In this document: one piece after another, positions 57,116 through 64,000 of the stretch
Position numbering within the stretch: the first letter of the stretch is position 1
Layout of the letters: each line of letters opens with the position of its first letter
Translations under genes and position numbers: made by a program
Source of the DNA: the human T2T-CHM13v2.0 reference genome, Homo sapiens
Length of the DNA: 64,000 nt
Assembly: GCF_009914755.1 (NCBI RefSeq)
Contig: NC_060933.1
Direction: 5' to 3' (one strand)
Notes under the pieces: generated by a model
What the model saw: only the letters and a program-made list of their open reading frames with translations
Database searches by the model: none
What the model was told of the DNA's origin: nothing

Positions 57116-58229
57116 GAGATTTTCTTATATTAGATAGTATAGTTGAAATCTATTATTTAATAAGAGATAATACTACTTGCAATAGTATTAAGTAAAATCT
57201 GATGAGGATAAAGATCTATTTTGTTCATATTAATCCTTGATTTTCATAAAAATTCCATTATGCTAAATATCGTATTTTATTTTTGTAAATCCAGTTACTC
57301 AGTAGCCTTAACCACAGTACTTGCTTATCCTGGAAATGAATAGTTCCCAGGAGTGTATTTCATAAATAGAAGGATGACATGGACTCTTGACATTAGAAGG
57401 AGGCTTTGACTTCTGCTCTACCACCCGATAAGTTCTGGAAGTCTAAAAGAGTATTTGCTCATTTGTTTACTCATGTTTTTCATCCATTTCTTCATTCAAG
57501 AAATGAAGTAGACATTGCAGGAACTAGCAGGTTATTTCCTCCAGTAGGAAATTTTGCAGTCTATAAGATAGGCAGTAGATATAAAATTGATTTTTCACAG
57601 TGATTTTTTTATGTATATATATATAATACAAATGTAAAAATATACAAATAATAAAATATAAGTAATGGCACAATGGGGAATGGAATCCCCTATATTTGTT
57701 TATCATATAGTGGGTGCTCAAACCATATTTGCTTTATTAATCAAAATTAGCCTGAATTCAGGGAAAGCTTCTCTGAGAAAATGATACCTGATATACAAGT
57801 GCTGAAAAAAAATAAGTAGAAAACAGCCTGATGAAATAATCAAAAGCTATTCTAAGCACAGGGAATAAGAAGTGTAAAGGCAACTGCATGACACAGAATA
57901 ATAGGTTTGAAAAGCAGTTAAGCATTTCTGTGTTGTTGGAGAAAGGACAGTGAAATATATATATATTTGTGGTGGAATTATGGTAGAAGAGTCTTTGGAT
58001 GTAGGAAGAAGCACATCATGAAGCAGAGCCGAAAAATTTATTTTCCTGAGGACCATTAAGGTGTCATAAGCAGAGGAGTTTTGTGTCAGATAAAATTCAG
58101 TCATGAATTGCTTAGCAATAGGAACACATTCTGAGAAATATGTCATTAGGCGATTTCATCATTGTGTGAACGTCGTAGAGTCTACTAACACGAACCTAGC
58201 TGGCACAGCCTGCTACACACCTAGGTTGT

Positions 58230-58643
58230 TGCTAAGAGTTGGATGTTTTGTCCTCTGCAAATCTCATGTTGAGATGTGACCACCAATGTTGGAGATGGGC
58301 CTAGTGCGAAGTATTTGGATCATGGAGGCAGATTCCTCATGAATGGCTTGGTGCTGTCCATAACATAATGACTGAGTTCTCACTCCATGAGTTCATGTAT
58401 GATTTGATCATTTAAAATAGCCTGGCACCTTGTCTCTTTCTTTTGCTCCTTTTCTCATCATGTGACACACTGGCTCTTCTTTGCCTTCTGCCATGATTGT
58501 AAGCTTCCTCAGGCACTCACAAGGATCAGATTTGGCTGCTTGCCGCATGTAGAGTCTGCAGAACTTGAGCAAAATAAACCTCTTTCCTTTATAAATTCTC
58601 AGCCCCAGTTATTCCTTTATAGTGATGCAAATGGACTAACATA
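58230..58643 (+). mobile_element. MSTB-like solo LTR inside Tigger3
   Basis: cagattcctcatgaatggcttggtgc; exact 5-bp TSD gttgt (58225-58229 / 58644-58648). Confidence 0.9.
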
Positions 58644-58981
58644 GTTGTATACTATAGCCTATTGCTCCGAGGCTGCAAACCCATACAACATGTTACTGTA
58701 TTGAATACTGGAGGTAATTGCAACATATGGTAAATTTGTGTATCTAAACATATCTAAACATAGAAAAGATATAGTCTATATGCAGAATAAAATATTAAAA
58801 ATATGGCACACCTATATAGGTCACTTACCATACATGGAGCTTGCAAGACTGGAAGTTGCTCTAGGTGAGTCAGTGATTGTGTAATGAATGAATGTGAAAG
58901 CCTAGGACATTATTGTATACTACTGTAGACTTGGTAAACATTGTACATTTAGGTTATGCTAAATTTACTTTTAAAAAGTAA

Positions 58982-59336
<355 letters not shown>

Positions 59337-60695
59337 CATTGCATTTTTAGAAAGTATTTGCATTGCTTTATAAAAGATGTTAGGACAGCTACAATTTATT
59401 AAATTGTACATTAGGACATTATTGTATACCACTGTAGACTTTATAAACACTGTACATTTAGGTGACACTAAATTTATTTTTAAAAAGTAATTCCATTGCT
59501 ATTTTAAAATGTTAGGAAAGCTACATTGCATTTTTTAAAAGTAATTGCATTGCTTTTTAAAAGATGTTAGGACAGCTACAACATCACTAAGTGATATTTT
59601 TCAGCTCCATTATAATCTTATGAGACCACCATAGTATATGTGGTCTGTGGTTGACTAAAAGATTCTTAGGGTACACATGACTGTATTAGAAATCTAGCTC
59701 AATCTATAGTGCAGGAGTTGGATAGAAGCAGAGCGTGATAATCAAATGAGAAATAGGAACACAAGAGGTAATCCAGGTGAAAATTGGTTAGTCAGTTTTA
59801 TTAAGGAAATAGAATTTGCCAAATTTTGCAACTAATAGAATATCATAAAAGTGGAAAAGAAATAATAAGCTACATTTTATTTGGTTATTTTCAGTGTGAG
59901 TGCACTCATTACCCCACAGGATAGACAATCTATTTTTTGAAATGTTCATATGAAGCTGAATTCTACACCTCTGAAACATGATCTTTAATTTTTTCTATAG
60001 AAACTATAAAAAATCAGTGTTTTATATAACATCCTTTCTGATATGTAAATACAGCTACACTATCATCTCTACATCTTAACTTTTTTCCAGGTAAAATTGA
60101 GCCCAGGTTTAAATTATTTCTTAAATGACATGTTATCTAACAATTTCTCCATCCTGACTATGCCTTTCTAAATATACTTATGTGTAAATACTTCTTTTAA
60201 AATCCAGTGGCCCATCGAACTCCAGTTGTGGGCTGGCTAGCATACAGCCCAGAAGAATAAGGTCCTTGGATCTGAAGACTGTCGATTTAGTTGTAGAGCC
60301 AGAAATGGCATGATCTTCTTTCCCCCTTCATTTCTTAATTCCTTTGTTCTTTTGTTCATTCATTCTTTCTTCCTTCCTCTCTGCTCCCCTCTGTATTTTC
60401 CATTCTTTTTTAGGCAGTTGTTTCATACTGTAATTGGTACTAAGTAGAGTTTGCAGTGGCCTAACATCCTGAGGTTATATTGCACTAAGCATTCTCTTTT
60501 AACTTGTATTCAAGCAGTTATATTATTTTAACCTAATGAAGAAAATCTATATTATTATGCAATCTCAGTGCATCAATGTGACTTATATTGTTTTGAGTTT
60601 TGATTCTTTCGCTCACCATATTAGTTATTCCCCATGCCATCTGCTCTATTTATTAAACCCTTGCTTATTTTCAAACAAATAATTTTCCCATTTAC

Positions 60696-63820
<3,125 letters not shown>

Positions 63821-64000
63821 GTTGCCATTACTCTTAATTCTTTCTTCTGGAACTAATCACTTTCTGCCTTGTGTTATAGTTATTTTGAGATAGGACTTAT
63901 CTTTCATAGATGATAATTTATTTGATATCAAAATCCATTCTGATTTATTTATTTTTATTCTTTCTATGGCCTACATAGGGTTTTGAAAATGACAAATATT

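Noticed and set aside
60075-60096. cttaac-polyT-CAG|GTAAAA, resembling a recursive splice site
   Set aside because: The branch-like motif is too close to the AG, the context resembles a CR1/L3 relic, and such motifs arise by chance.

Overview
Primate (very likely human) AT-rich genomic DNA with no recognisable cellular protein-coding exon, RNA gene or CpG island. It reads as gene-desert or deep-intronic sequence. A large part is interspersed repeat: the 5' 2.3 kb of an L1PA element (minus strand, broken ORF1, ORF2 running off the left edge), an old TSD-bounded L1MA/L1PB with nested insertions, further rearranged L1s, about 15 Alu elements, MaLR LTR elements (a full MSTA provirus, a three-LTR THE1C-like array, solo THE1/MST/MLT1 LTRs), MER21 and LTR16 LTRs, Tigger-family DNA transposons and L2/MIR relics. 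All ORFs in the track are TE-derived or spurious. I found no support for a new gene system. The most interesting signals are structural: a templated inverted-repeat insertion, tandem and dispersed duplications (one 100% identical), two twin-priming L1 inversions, a tandem LTR-int-LTR-int-LTR provirus, an L1 ORF0 with an apparently new splice donor just before its premature stop, and a few motif-dense candidate enhancers. Subfamily calls come from recalled diagnostic motifs, not from a RepeatMasker run, and the locus could not be identified.
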